Assembly: GCF_000219175.1 (NCBI RefSeq)
Contig: NC_015735.1
Coordinates: forward strand, 90,001 to 122,000
Source: Candidatus Moranella endobia PCIT
GTDB taxonomy: Bacteria > Pseudomonadota > Gammaproteobacteria > Enterobacterales > Enterobacteriaceae
Direction: 5' to 3'
DNA: 32,000 nucleotides
In this document: piece after piece, positions 10,151 to 21,621 of the stretch
Numbering within the stretch: the stretch's first letter is position 1
Layout: every line of letters begins with the position of its first letter
Program-made: the position numbers and the translations under genes
The notes under the pieces: generated by a model
Database searches by the model: none
Seen by the model: the letters and a program-made list of their open reading frames with translations, nothing else
What the model was told of the DNA's origin: nothing

Positions 10151-10903
10151 ATGCGCAATACCGAATTAGAACAATTAATTAGTAAAAAACTTAATAACAA
10201 CAGCATCGTACTGAAAGACTATGCGCCTAACGGCCTGCAGGTGGAAGGTCGTCAGGACGTGAACCGTATTGTTACAGGTGTCACAGCCTGTCAAGCGCTT
10301 TTAGATAGCGCAATTGCATACTCTGCCGACGCGATAATCGTACACCACGGATATTTCTGGCAAAAAGAGTCACCAGTTATTAATGGTATAAAACGCTGGC
10401 GACTGAAAACATTGCTAACAAATGATATTAATTTATATGCCTGGCATTTACCACTGGACACCCACCCTGAAATTGGTAATAACGCACAGCTAGCAGCGGT
10501 ACTAGATATTACCGTAACCGGTAATCTAGATGAGCCACTTATTATGCAGGGGGAGTTCAATACAAAGATTACCGGAACAGAGCTGCATCGGCGCCTAGAA
10601 CAAACGTTAAGAGGTAACGTCTTGCACTATGGCGACGGCGGACCGGCATATATAAAAAGGTTGGCCTGGTGTACTGGAGGCGGCCAATGATTTATTGAAC
10701 TGGCAGCGCAAGCTGGCATGGACGAATTCATTACCGGTGAAGTATCCGAACCGACCATTCATATAGCTAGGGAACATGGAATGCATTTTTATGCCGCTGG
10801 CCATCACGCCACTGAAATTGGTGGAATTCATGCACTTGGGAAGTGGCTAGCAAAAAAATATAATTTAGATGTTATTTTTATCAATATACCAAATCCTGCT
10901 TAG
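10151..10903 (+). pseudogene. ybgI: ybgI / Nif3-family metal-binding protein (GTP cyclohydrolase 1 type 2 homolog) interrupted by one in-frame TGA at 10688-10690
   Basis: The ORFs 10148-10690 and 10718-10903 are in the same frame. Together they align residue by residue with E. coli YbgI (MKNTELEQLI...AWCTGGGQ[S]FI....FITGEVSE.TIH.ARE.G.HFYAAGHHATE...IPNPA). The TGA replaces the Ser codon. The likely start is the ATG at 10151, 7 nt after AGAGG. Confidence 0.85.
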
Positions 10904-11639
10904 CTGAAGTTTTTTAAGTGCCCCAAGCTAAATAAATAAACTTTAGTTGGGTAAAAAAAATTAAATTATAAATATATAATATGTAGGCTTTTGACTTGCT
11001 CAAAAACCAGGATGCCAAATAATAGCTAGCTACTGTTAGCGTACAATATACTTGTTTAGTTACAATATAATTCTGTTTGATAAAACTTTAATTACCGCTG
11101 AAAACGATAAGTTGGTACTATAATTACCAGCGCTTAGGACCGATGCTCTGAAAAATTTTGGTCACAAAACTAGACATCGAACAATCAAAGCATCGTAAAA
11201 CCACGCTAGTTCAGCGCTGTAAGTAATATTAGTTAAGATTATTAATCTTACCTATTTTTAATAGGTTAGTCGTGTGATTAACAAAATCTTACAACAACTA
11301 TTGCTAGGTAACATAGTAAATTCAAGTGACTAGGTAACCGTAGCGAAATAGATTTACGTTGACAGAGCTGCTCAGTAGTGGCAAAAATTTTTATCCTTGA
11401 TTTTATTTGTTTATAGGAAATCTTGAATACATTTACTTCGGACCGCAGTGATAGATGAGTTATTTAGTGCTACTACTTCAGGCTGAATACTGTAGCTATT
11501 ACTGGTTATGATAAAAGAACAAATAGGTTCTGGAATTTAACGTATGCTCACAGCAACAAAAATTTAACGCTGAATGATCAATTATAGCACTGCGATGAAG
11601 CGCCGCTAAAACTTGCCAGATCAATATGGAAATAACATT

Positions 11640-12806
11640 ATGAATGTACATGAATATCAGGCAAAACAGCTATTTGCTCGGTATGGTCTGCCTACTCCGC
11701 TTGGATACGTCTGCAAAACGCTACAAGAAGCAGTCGATTTTGCTTCAAAAATTGGCACCGGTCCATGGGTGTTGAAATGCCAAGTGCATGCAGGTGGCCG
11801 CGGTAAATCGGGTGGGATTAGAGTGGTTAAATCAAAACAAGAGATCAGAACCTTCATGGAAAAGTGGCTTGGAAAACGACTAGTCACCTATCAGACGGAC
11901 AAGTCTGGTCAACCAGTTAACGAAATTCTAGTAGAAGCAGCAACTAATATAGCTCAGGAACTATATATTGGAGCCGTCGTCGACCGTTGTACGCGCCGCG
12001 TGGTCTTCATGGCATCTACCGAAGGTGGAGTAGAAATTGAACAGGTATCAGAAGATACTCCGCACCTGATTCATAAATTAACAATTGATCCGCTTACTGG
12101 TCCGCAACATTATCAAGGAAGAGAGTTAGCTTTTAAATTAAAGCTCAGTGGTAAGCAAATCAATCAGTTCATAAAAATCTTCATGGGTATGGCGACGCTA
12201 TTTTGGGAACGAGATTTGACGCTGATAGAAATAAACCCGTTGGTGATTACCAGCACTGGCGATCTTCTTTGCCTTGACGGTAAACTAAGCATAGACAACA
12301 ACGCACTATTCCGCCAGCAGGAACTACGCGAAATGCGTGATTATAGTCAAGAGGATGAACGTGAAGTGCACGCCACCAAGTGGAAACTGAACTATGTGGC
12401 GCTTAACGGCAATATCGGTTGTATGGTTAATGGGGCTGGTCTAGCAATGGGGACGATGGATATCATAAAACTGCACGGCGGTGAACCAGCTAACTTCCTT
12501 GATATTGGTGGCAGTGCCACTAAGGAACGTGTAACAGAAGCGTTCAAAATAATACTTTCGGATGAAAAGGTAAAAGCGGTGCTGGTAAATATTTTCGGTG
12601 GTATTGTCCGCTGTGATTTAAGTGCTGATGGCATCATTAGCGCAGTATCTGAAGTAGGTAATAGCATTCCAGTAGTAGTTCGTCTAGAAGGTAACAATGC
12701 CGCACTGGGAACTAAACTATTAGTCGAGAGCGGGCTTAATATCATTGCCGCCACAAGTCTAACCGAAGCAGCACAACAGGTTGTCGCATTGGTGGAGGGT
12801 AAGTAG
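11640..12806 (+). CDS. sucC: succinate--CoA ligase (ADP-forming) beta subunit
   Basis: [18 protein letters not shown]... is colinear with E. coli SucC through ...AAQQVVA.VEGK. I chose the ATG at 11640 by N-terminal alignment. The ORF track's TTG at 11613 adds 9 unmatched residues. Confidence 0.96.
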   Translation: MNVHEYQAKQLFARYGLPTPLGYVCKTLQEAVDFASKIGTGPWVLKCQVHAGGRGKSGGIRVVKSKQEIRTFMEKWLGKRLVTYQTDKSGQPVNEILVEAATNIAQELYIGAVVDRCTRRVVFMASTEGGVEIEQVSEDTPHLIHKLTIDPLTGPQHYQGRELAFKLKLSGKQINQFIKIFMGMATLFWERDLTLIEINPLVITSTGDLLCLDGKLSIDNNALFRQQELREMRDYSQEDEREVHATKWKLNYVALNGNIGCMVNGAGLAMGTMDIIKLHGGEPANFLDIGGSATKERVTEAFKIILSDEKVKAVLVNIFGGIVRCDLSADGIISAVSEVGNSIPVVVRLEGNNAALGTKLLVESGLNIIAATSLTEAAQQVVALVEGK

Positions 12807-13681
12807 TGGCTATTTTAATTAATAAACAGACCAAAGTCATTTGCCAGGGGTTTACAGGAAGTCAAGGTACTTTTCATTCCAAGCAGGCTATGTCCTATGG
12901 CACTAAAATAGTAGGTGGAGTAACGCCTGGCAAAGGTGGCACAGAACATCTTGGTATGCCGGTATTCAATACCGTGCGCGAAGCTATCGAAAAGACCGGA
13001 GCAACAACATCTGTTATCTATGTTCCAGCTCCTTTATGCAAGGATTCGATCCTTGAAGCTATTGATGCCGGTATTAAACTAATTGTCTGCATTACTGAAG
13101 GTATACCTACGCTAGATATGCTGATAGTAAAAGCTAAGCTGGAGCAAAAGAATCAGGTGCGTATGATCGGACCAAATTGTCCAGGCGTGATTACCCCAGG
13201 TGAATGTCTAATTGGTATTATGCCAGGACATATCCATCATCCTGGACGGGTTGGTATTGTGTCACGTTCGGGTACATTGACATATGAAGCGGTTAAGCAA
13301 ACTACAGATACCGGACTAGGGCAGTCCAGTTGTGTAGGTATTGGCGGCGACCCGATCCCAGGTGTAAGCTTCATTGACATTTTGCAGTTATTTGAAGATG
13401 ACAAACAGACGGAAGCCATCGTTATGATAGGTGAAATTGGCGGCAACTCAGAAGAAGAGGCCGCCGATTATATCAAGTATCATGTCACCAAGCCAGTGGT
13501 TAGTTATATCGCCGGCGTTACAGCCCCGAGAGGAAAACGCATGGGTCATGCTGGCGCCATTATCGCTGGCAGTCAAGGTACTGCAGAAGATAAATTTGTT
13601 GCGCTAGAAGCAGCTGGGGTCAACACAGTACGAAACTTAGTCGAAATAGGTACAATGCTAAATGCAATTTTGCAAAATTAA
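12806..13681 (+). CDS. sucD: succinate--CoA ligase alpha subunit
   Basis: The 291-aa ORF is colinear with E. coli SucD ([12 protein letters not shown], phosphohistidine motif MGHAGAII). Its GTG start overlaps the sucC TAG stop by 1 nt (TAGTG). Confidence 0.96.
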   Translation: MAILINKQTKVICQGFTGSQGTFHSKQAMSYGTKIVGGVTPGKGGTEHLGMPVFNTVREAIEKTGATTSVIYVPAPLCKDSILEAIDAGIKLIVCITEGIPTLDMLIVKAKLEQKNQVRMIGPNCPGVITPGECLIGIMPGHIHHPGRVGIVSRSGTLTYEAVKQTTDTGLGQSSCVGIGGDPIPGVSFIDILQLFEDDKQTEAIVMIGEIGGNSEEEAADYIKYHVTKPVVSYIAGVTAPRGKRMGHAGAIIAGSQGTAEDKFVALEAAGVNTVRNLVEIGTMLNAILQN

Positions 13682-13964
13682 GACACTGTTACAATAACTG
13701 CTACAATACAAGCAACAGCACATTAGGACCTAACTAATTGAAAGTTTATTAGGGGCTAACTAAGCTAAGTTGCATTAGTCTGCTGCACACTTGCTAGCCG
13801 CTATGAAGCGCATGCTATGATCATAACCGATGTTAGTTAGTAGTAGCCCAGGCCTTTATAACGTGATTAGGCATTAAAGAAGACTGGAAGACTGATGGCA
13901 GAAATATTTTAATCCAGCAAACCAAGCAATTAATAACCACATAAACATAAAAAACAGAACAGAT

Positions 13965-14444
13965 ATGGGAACAGATGTAATCATCCTATCAGATGAAATA
14001 GCTACTGTTGCATTAGGCGCAACAGTAGCTGCAGCCTGCAGAAAAGCCTGTGTAATTTATCTGTATGGCAATATAGGGGTAGGCAAAACCACCTTTTGCC
14101 GTGGTTTTTTGCGCCAGCTTGGTTACTCGGGTAATGTAAAAAGCCCAACCTATACACTAGTTGTGCCTTACAAGCTACAGTCTTGGACAATTTATCATTT
14201 TGACTTGTATCGCTTAGTAGCTCCAGAGGAGCTTGAATTTATTGGAGTTCGTGACTACTTCGATAATACTGCTCTATGTTTAGTGGAATGGCCACTACGG
14301 GGTAAAGGATTCTTGCCTGCCGCGGATATTACTTTGACGCTAGAATATCACCTAGATGGCCGGCAGGCTAAGGTGCAAGCTCTAAGCAACCAAGGGGAGC
14401 TTATGCTATCCAAGCTAATACTACAGCAGGAAACGTTACCATGA
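13965..14444 (+). CDS. tsaE: tRNA t6A37 biosynthesis ATPase TsaE (YjeE)
   Basis: The 159-aa ORF has the P-loop GNIGVGKTT followed by [10 protein letters not shown]....[19 protein letters not shown]......LVEWP, as in E. coli YjeE. Confidence 0.9.
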   Translation: MGTDVIILSDEIATVALGATVAAACRKACVIYLYGNIGVGKTTFCRGFLRQLGYSGNVKSPTYTLVVPYKLQSWTIYHFDLYRLVAPEELEFIGVRDYFDNTALCLVEWPLRGKGFLPAADITLTLEYHLDGRQAKVQALSNQGELMLSKLILQQETLP

Positions 14445-15143
14445 TGCAGGTGATGAATATCAATTTTATGCCCAAAATATTACATTTGGTAAAACCAGTG
14501 AATACTAGGTACTAGTATTTAAGTTGACCCCAAAATCATTTGTGACAAAAACTATACCAAAGCCAAGATCGATAAAAACCATTGAGAATACAAAAAACGA
14601 TCATAAATACGCATGTGTTACTACCAACAATAGCCAAGAATTATGCTAGTAGAAATATGTAGTTTATATTCGTGAATATAGGTTGGCTTGCACTCTTATT
14701 TACGAGTTAATACAATACATATAATCCATTCTGTAACTGACAGTCACCTGAAAGTGGCGAGCTACCACTTAATATATCACACTAACCCCCAAAACTAAGA
14801 AACACCATATCGTACAATTGGTTAAAACCCGGTATTTTATCGCATGTAAATTTATCGCACGTCAAGATGAGGTAGGCATGTATGTACTTAGGAGGCTAAA
14901 GAACAAAAAAATAACTTATGGCTTGTGCAGCTACTTTATATTACTGTAAAAGTAAAAGCTTAGTTTGTCAGCCGATCAATGTAGGGTTAAGATAGTACAT
15001 AATACCTGAACAACAAGCAACACGCTTGATGGAGTTTTCTTCAACACAATAAAAAAGTACCAAAAATCATGTATTGCCAATAATAAAATGCTAGGAAACA
15101 AGTTAGTAATACTGTTCGTTGAAGAATAGAGGACCAAATTATT

Positions 15144-17129
15144 ATGCCTATTCAGGTACTGCTACCACAACTTGCAAATCAAATTGCTGCCGGAGAAGTA
15201 GTATCTCGACCAGCGTCAGTGGTTAAGGAATTAATTGAAAATAGTCTTGACGCTGGAGCAACTAGTATTAATATCGATATTGCACAAGGTGGCACTAAAA
15301 GTATTCGTATCCGTGATAATGGCAGTGGTATTCCTAAAGAGGAATTAGCATTGGCTCTAGCTCGCCATGCAACTAGCAAAATCGCTCGCATGGAAGATCT
15401 AGAAAGAATTACCAGTATGGGTTTTCGCGGTGAGGCATTAGCAAGTATTAGCTCTGTGTCACGTCTGTACTTGACTTCACGCATGATCGGGCAGAGCAAA
15501 GCTTGGCAGGTATACGCAGAAGGGAGCGAACTTGCTGTTACTATTAAACCGGCAGCTCATCCAGTTGGCACTACAATAGAAGTATTAGATTTATTTTATA
15601 ATACGCCCGCTCGTCGTAAATTTATGAGCACCGCAAAAACTGAATTTACCTATATCGATGATATTACCCGACGGATCGCTTTGTCTAGATTCGATGTAAC
15701 GTTTATTTTGCAGCACAATGGTAAAATTGTACGCCAGTATCGTGCTATTAGCCATAAATATCAGCATCAACGTAGGCTAGTTGGGCTTTGTGGTCAGGCT
15801 TTTGTTGAGCGAGCCATGGGAGTATCCTACCATAATAGCAACCTGGCTATCCACGGCTGGATAGCTAATACCGCTGGGGTAGCGATTATTCCAGAGTTAA
15901 AATACAGTTATGTCAATAGGCGCACGATGAACGACAAATTCATCACTCATATCATACGGAAAGCCTATCAAGAACAATTTACTGAAACGCAACAGCCAGC
16001 TTTTGTGCTATTTCTTGAAATAGATCCGCAGCAGATAGATGTCAATTTTCATCCTACCAAACATAAGGTAAGATTTTACCAGGATCGTCTGGTACATGAT
16101 TTTATTTACCAAGCAGTAGCTAACACTCTAAAACAAAACTCGGCGCCACCGAGTTTTGTTGATGTCAACGAACCATGTGTGCTAGATAATAAACAGGATA
16201 ACGAACCAAATAATATTTCCTCGGTTATCGCAGAAGTCGCAAACAAAACACGAGTTAATAGCAATCTTTCTCGCTCAGTAGTTAACGTAAAGAATAGTAA
16301 GAAACAACAGAGTAAAAAACATTCCACTAGTAGTGGAAATAGTTGCAGTACAAACGATAAGAAAAAAAAAGATTCTATTTACCATCCAGTGCAAAAATCT
16401 ACTCTTACTCTATTATATAATGAACAAAATGCACAGCAAATAGAGCCCAAAACCGAATATTGTAGTTCATCTACAAGCAACAACAAAGAGCTGCTAAATA
16501 ACCGAAAAATATTATCTACCTTCAATGTTGTTGCTGAAAAACCATTCAGCACTGAGCTCAAAGCTATAAATTATACCGAAAGTTTCGGTAAAATATTAAC
16601 ACTGATTGAGTACTGTTATGCGCTAATAAAATCAATGCGCCATCTAGCACTTATATCGCTACCGGTTGCCGAACGTTACCTAAACGAACATCAACTGCTT
16701 CCAGTCAATGCGCTTATGAGCGCTCAACCATTAATAATTCCCCTGCACATAACACTATGTGCAGGGGAAATTGTCACCCTTAAAAAACATCAGTTGCTAA
16801 TGCAAGAAATGGGTATATACCTACAACCTGATATTAATAAGGCAATATTACATACTGTACCTTTACTATTAAGTAAACAAAATTTACACAAATTAATTCC
16901 AAAAATGTTACGCTATCTCAGTAATGAAGTGTCAGTGACACATCAAAATATTGCGGTATGGCTTGCCCGCAGACTACAACCAGAATCCAGTATCTGGAGC
17001 TATTCACAAGCTATACAGTTACTTACAAAGGTCGAACAGTTTTGTCCACAATGGGTGCAAAATCCGCCTTATGGACTTATGGTAAAGTTAAATTTTGAGA
17101 ACGCTATTAAAGCTATGAACTATGACTGA
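15144..17129 (+). CDS. mutL: DNA mismatch repair protein MutL
   Basis: The N-terminal GHKL ATPase domain is colinear with E. coli MutL ([53 protein letters not shown]). The C-terminal dimerisation domain is conserved (SLPVAER.L...QL, QPL.IPL). The central linker is N/S/K-rich and the protein is about 45 aa longer than E. coli MutL. Confidence 0.94.
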   Translation: MPIQVLLPQLANQIAAGEVVSRPASVVKELIENSLDAGATSINIDIAQGGTKSIRIRDNGSGIPKEELALALARHATSKIARMEDLERITSMGFRGEALASISSVSRLYLTSRMIGQSKAWQVYAEGSELAVTIKPAAHPVGTTIEVLDLFYNTPARRKFMSTAKTEFTYIDDITRRIALSRFDVTFILQHNGKIVRQYRAISHKYQHQRRLVGLCGQAFVERAMGVSYHNSNLAIHGWIANTAGVAIIPELKYSYVNRRTMNDKFITHIIRKAYQEQFTETQQPAFVLFLEIDPQQIDVNFHPTKHKVRFYQDRLVHDFIYQAVANTLKQNSAPPSFVDVNEPCVLDNKQDNEPNNISSVIAEVANKTRVNSNLSRSVVNVKNSKKQQSKKHSTSSGNSCSTNDKKKKDSIYHPVQKSTLTLLYNEQNAQQIEPKTEYCSSSTSNNKELLNNRKILSTFNVVAEKPFSTELKAINYTESFGKILTLIEYCYALIKSMRHLALISLPVAERYLNEHQLLPVNALMSAQPLIIPLHITLCAGEIVTLKKHQLLMQEMGIYLQPDINKAILHTVPLLLSKQNLHKLIPKMLRYLSNEVSVTHQNIAVWLARRLQPESSIWSYSQAIQLLTKVEQFCPQWVQNPPYGLMVKLNFENAIKAMNYD

Positions 17130-18066
17130 AACAAAAACATTACTACAACGACCTCAGGCGATTTTTCTGATGGGACCAACAGCATCAGGCAAAACCGCAC
17201 TAGCAATGGCATTACACCAGCATCTACCTGTGGATATTATTAGCGTTGATTCAGCGCTAATGTATCGTGGCATGGATATAGGTACAGCTAAACCCAGCGC
17301 TGACGAGCTTGCTCGAGTACCACATCGTCTGATAGATATACGAGATCCAGCAGAAACTTATTCAGCTGCCGAATTCAGAATAGATGCAATTAAGGAAATG
17401 AATGAAGTCACTAAGTCTGGTCGTATACCGTTATTGGTAGGCGGGACAATGTTCTACTTTAAAGCTCTATTAGAGGGATTATCAAATTTACCTCCTGCAG
17501 CTCCAAAAGTACGCGAAAAAATTAAACGCGAAGCTGAAATATTTGGGTGGCCGGCGTTACACTGTAAATTGCAACAAATTGATCCAATTGCAGCAAAGCG
17601 TATTCATCCTAATGATAAGCAGAGATTGGCGCGCGCACTAGAAATTTTTTTCGTTTCCGGTAATACTTTAACCGACCTAACAAAAACCTCAGGTGAAACA
17701 TTGATGTATAGAGTACATCAATTCGCCATTGCACCACTTAACCGCATATTAATATATCAACGTATTGCTCGGCGCTTTCATCATATGTTGGCAAACGGTT
17801 TTGAACAAGAGGTTAATGCGCTTTTTTATCGAGGTGATCTTAACCAAAACCTACCATCAATTCGTTGTGTAGGTTACAGACAACTTTGGTCCTATCTATC
17901 CGGCAACACTAGTTATGATGATATGGTATTTCGTGGAATTTGTGCTACCAAACAACTTGCCAAGCACCAAATTAACTGGCTAAAAGGATGGCCCAATCTT
18001 CATTGGCTGAATAGCAATGAACCGGTCGCTGCCTTAAACAGTATATTACAAACTGTAATTGTATAA
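17122..18066 (+). CDS. miaA: tRNA dimethylallyltransferase
   Basis: The 314-aa ORF has the P-loop [11 protein letters not shown] and the motifs [16 protein letters not shown] and [20 protein letters not shown]. Its start overlaps the mutL stop (ATGACTGA, 8-nt overlap). Confidence 0.95.
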   Translation: MTETKTLLQRPQAIFLMGPTASGKTALAMALHQHLPVDIISVDSALMYRGMDIGTAKPSADELARVPHRLIDIRDPAETYSAAEFRIDAIKEMNEVTKSGRIPLLVGGTMFYFKALLEGLSNLPPAAPKVREKIKREAEIFGWPALHCKLQQIDPIAAKRIHPNDKQRLARALEIFFVSGNTLTDLTKTSGETLMYRVHQFAIAPLNRILIYQRIARRFHHMLANGFEQEVNALFYRGDLNQNLPSIRCVGYRQLWSYLSGNTSYDDMVFRGICATKQLAKHQINWLKGWPNLHWLNSNEPVAALNSILQTVIV

Positions 18067-18118
18067 CTTGGATAATATTTACAAAATTACTTTCTAACAC
18101 ATAACATAAAATAAATAA

Positions 18119-18397
<279 letters not shown>

Positions 18398-18727
18398 ACA
18401 AGCATATCCCTGTTGGCGGTTTATTTACAATAATATAATTCTATTATCTAATCTTTCTGGTACAGATGAGTAGATAAGAACAATACCAGTACATAAAAAC
18501 CATCTACATAAATTCAATATAGCTCTATATAGCCTATCTATGGCAAACGAATTAGTAGCGGCTTGTAAAGCACAACTATAACTAAAATAGGGTAAAACAC
18601 CACCATAGTAATACTTCCACTGCCTGATAGCATCGCATCTATGTAAACAAATAGCTTTTCAAATTTTAGAATTGTCTCACCTACAAACAGAATAACATTA
18701 TCATTAAAATAACATGGAGCTAAGAAT

Positions 18728-19945
18728 ATGGCTTGGAATCAACCTAATAATCAAGGATATGACCATGAATCATGTGGGACTAACAATAGTAGTGGTACAT
18801 GTAGCACAAATAACAATAAACATGAACAAATAACGATCAATATTGATGCTTTATTCCGCAAACTAATCTTTACTCTGAGCAGGTTAGTTAACAAAGACAG
18901 TAGTACTGGCAACAGTTCAATAGGGAAAAACAGCCGGTATATAGTTCTAGCGTTTGCGGCCTTTGTGGTAATCTGGGCAAGCAGCGGCTTCTATACGATT
19001 AAAGAAGCGGAACGTGGCGTATTGTTGCGTTTTGGCAAATTTGATCATTTGGTTCAACCTGGCTTAAACTGGCAGCCAAGTTTTATTGATACTGTTACCG
19101 CAGTCAACGTTGAGTCGGTGCGGGAGCTGGCTGCGGCTGGCGTTATGCTTACATCAGATGAGAATGTGGTACGAGTGGAAATGAATGTACAGTATCGCGT
19201 GACCGACCCTGAGCGCTATTTGTTCAGTGTAACCAACGCCGAAGATAGCCTCAGCCAAGCAACTGATAGCGCTCTACGTGGAGTAATCGGTAAATATACT
19301 ATGGATCGAATACTAACCGAAGGTCGTACTGTCGTGCGTAGCGATACCCAGCGCGTGCTAGAAGAAATCATCCAACCTTATAACATGGGTATCACCTTAT
19401 TGGATGTTAACTTCCAGGCGGCTAGACCACCAGAAGAAGTGAAAGCCGCATTTGATGACGCTATTGCCGCGCGGGAAAACGAACAACAATATATCCGAGA
19501 AGCCGAAGCTTATTCCAATGAGGTGCAGCCACGAGCTAACGGTAAGGCACAGCGCATTCTAGAAGAGGGACGTGCTTATAAAGCACGTAACGTGCTGGAA
19601 GCACAAGGAGAAGTACAGCGTTTTAAAAAAGTGCTACCAGAATATAAAGCGGCGCCAGCAATTACACGCGAACGTCTTTATATTGACACGATGGAACGAG
19701 TCTTGAAAAAAACCAATAAAATTCTGGTAAATGATAAGGGAAACAAACAATTGATGGTGCTGCCCTTAGATCAAATATTGCATAATAAGCCGGTAGGCAA
19801 TAGCACAATTAGCTCAGGTAACAAAAATGATAAGAGCAATTTGCGGCGGCTACCTAACGCCAGCGAAAATATCACAAATCAGCGAACTATTAATGCACAG
19901 CGTGACGATACCACGCGCAAAGCAAAGGGAGGGAATAAACTATGA
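18728..19945 (+). CDS. hflK: FtsH protease modulator HflK (SPFH/band-7)
   Basis: It opens with MAWNQP, then has a transmembrane segment, then a long colinear match to E. coli HflK (GFYTIKE.ERGV..RFGKF, MLTSDENVVRVEMNVQYRV, ARPPEEVKAAFDDAIAARENEQQYIREAEAY.NEVQPRANG). Confidence 0.95.
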   Translation: MAWNQPNNQGYDHESCGTNNSSGTCSTNNNKHEQITINIDALFRKLIFTLSRLVNKDSSTGNSSIGKNSRYIVLAFAAFVVIWASSGFYTIKEAERGVLLRFGKFDHLVQPGLNWQPSFIDTVTAVNVESVRELAAAGVMLTSDENVVRVEMNVQYRVTDPERYLFSVTNAEDSLSQATDSALRGVIGKYTMDRILTEGRTVVRSDTQRVLEEIIQPYNMGITLLDVNFQAARPPEEVKAAFDDAIAARENEQQYIREAEAYSNEVQPRANGKAQRILEEGRAYKARNVLEAQGEVQRFKKVLPEYKAAPAITRERLYIDTMERVLKKTNKILVNDKGNKQLMVLPLDQILHNKPVGNSTISSGNKNDKSNLRRLPNASENITNQRTINAQRDDTTRKAKGGNKL

Positions 19946-20934
19946 TGCGTAAGCCTTTAATGCTTATTACAGTGATAGTACTGGTATTACTGTATGCATC
20001 ATTATTTTTAGTACAAGCAGGTCAGCGTGGCATCGTTCTGCGTTTTGGTAAAGTATTGCGCGATAGCAATAACAAACCGTTAATTTATAATCCAGGCCTG
20101 CACATGAAAATACCATTTATCGAAACTGTCAAGAATCTTGATGCGCGCATTCAAACAATGGAAAATCAGGCGGATCGATTTGTTACCATGGAGAAGAAAG
20201 ACCTGATTGTTGATTCTTATATCAAATGGCGTATTAGTGACTTCAGCCGTTATTATTTAGCAACTGGCGGCGGCGATGTTTCACAGGCAGAAGTATTACT
20301 AAAACGGAAGTTTTCCGACCGGCTACGCTCAGAATTAGGTCGATTAGATGTTAAGGGGATTGTCACTGACTCCCGCAACCGCCTGATGACAGATGTGCGC
20401 GAAGCGCTTAATAACGGCACGTCTGGTGACGATGAAGAAACACAATCAACAGCGGTCGATAACGCAATCGCTTCCGTTGCCGCACTAGTAGAGCTTGAAA
20501 CAAACAGTTTGCCGCCAGGGGTAAATCCAAATAGTATGGCAGCGCTTGGTATTGAAGTAGTAGATGTACGTATTAAGCAAATTAACCTCCCAACGGAAGT
20601 ATCCGATGCTATTTATCAGCGCATGCGCGCAGAACGTGAGGCAGTTGCCCGTCACCACCGTTCACAGGGCCAAGAAGAGGCTGAAAAGCTGCGTGCCGCT
20701 GCTGATTATGAGGTTACTCGCACTTTGGCGGAAGCAGAGCGTCAGGCGTTGATTATTCGCGGTGAAGCAGATGCTAAAACTGCCAAGCTATATGCCGATG
20801 CATTTAACGAGGATCCAGCTCTATACTCTTTTATCCGCAGTCTGCGTGCATATGAAAACAGCTTTAACAATAACGATGTGATGGTGCTCAGTACAGAGAA
20901 CAATTTCTTCCGCTTCATGAAAGTACCGGAATAG
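19942..20934 (+). CDS. hflC: FtsH protease modulator HflC (SPFH/band-7)
   Basis: The 330-aa ORF is colinear with E. coli HflC (LRFGKVLRD..NKPL.Y.PGLH.KIPFIETVK.LDARIQTM.NQADRFVT.EKKDLIVDSYIKWRISDFSRYYLATGGGD). It starts with ATGATG overlapping the hflK TGA (ATGA). The second ATG (19945) would match the E. coli MRK start. Confidence 0.95.
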   Translation: MMRKPLMLITVIVLVLLYASLFLVQAGQRGIVLRFGKVLRDSNNKPLIYNPGLHMKIPFIETVKNLDARIQTMENQADRFVTMEKKDLIVDSYIKWRISDFSRYYLATGGGDVSQAEVLLKRKFSDRLRSELGRLDVKGIVTDSRNRLMTDVREALNNGTSGDDEETQSTAVDNAIASVAALVELETNSLPPGVNPNSMAALGIEVVDVRIKQINLPTEVSDAIYQRMRAEREAVARHHRSQGQEEAEKLRAAADYEVTRTLAEAERQALIIRGEADAKTAKLYADAFNEDPALYSFIRSLRAYENSFNNNDVMVLSTENNFFRFMKVPE

Positions 20935-20952
20935 ATAGATTTAATGTTATTG

Positions 20953-20985
20953 GCGACCGTTAGCAACGGTCGCATCTTATATCTA
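20953..20985 (+). terminator. candidate intrinsic terminator after hflC
   Basis: GCGACCGTT-agc-AACGGTCGC (20953-20973) is a perfect 9-bp GC-rich stem, 18 nt after the hflC stop. It is followed by ATCTTATATCT, which is T-rich but not a clean U-run. Confidence 0.45.
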
Positions 20986-21621
20986 TCACGCACGCTATTA
21001 AGCAGCAATGCTGAATCACTCATCAATTACGATCACGGCAGGTAGCAAACAATTTTACCTAAGCCCTAAGCTATGAATTATCAAACGATAATAATATTAT
21101 TACTGAAATATTGAGCTGAAAATTACTTGGTTTTACACATTATTACTACACTGTCGGATAATTTAAATCTAGTAATCACGGCACCTATCCATTTATTTAT
21201 CTATCCCCACTGATTTGTTTGGAAACAATGAATAGTTACTATACGTACGTTTTACGTACGTTTAAGGCTATGGATAAACCGCAAAGAAAGACGATAGACA
21301 GTAGTTAAGATTTTAACGTTGCATATGAATTCAGCTTGATCTTACCTACTCTCATATTGTTTCAAGCAAGATGTGAAGTTATCGATTTTATTCCTAACAA
21401 CCACATGGTGAACATGAGAATAAAAAAAGAACGAAATTAGTTTCCAAACCATTTATTTTATATCGCAATATTGTTATCCAACAATAAACGTGCATAAAGT
21501 AATTGTTGAACAACAAATTTATCGTTATTAACGCAGGCGTCTATAGTTTTTGTGGCGTTACATGCTAAGCATGGACAGTAACATGATTGCCTAAATCACC
21601 GCTATAAATGGAGATAGCACA

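Noticed and set aside
10688-10690. The idea that the in-frame TGA in ybgI reflects a genome-wide TGA=Trp reassignment (genetic code 4), as in some tiny symbiont genomes.
   Set aside because: TGA terminates tsaE (14442-44), mutL (17127-29), hflK (19943-45) and mnmG (28196-98) at positions that match the E. coli C-termini. The ybgI position aligns to Ser, not Trp.
11594-11636. Short reading frame [13 protein letters not shown] just before sucC, considered as a relic of the SucB C-terminus (..LEDPTRLLLDV*).
   Set aside because: Only about 3 of 11 identities, and no supporting upstream similarity that I could see. This is indistinguishable from chance.
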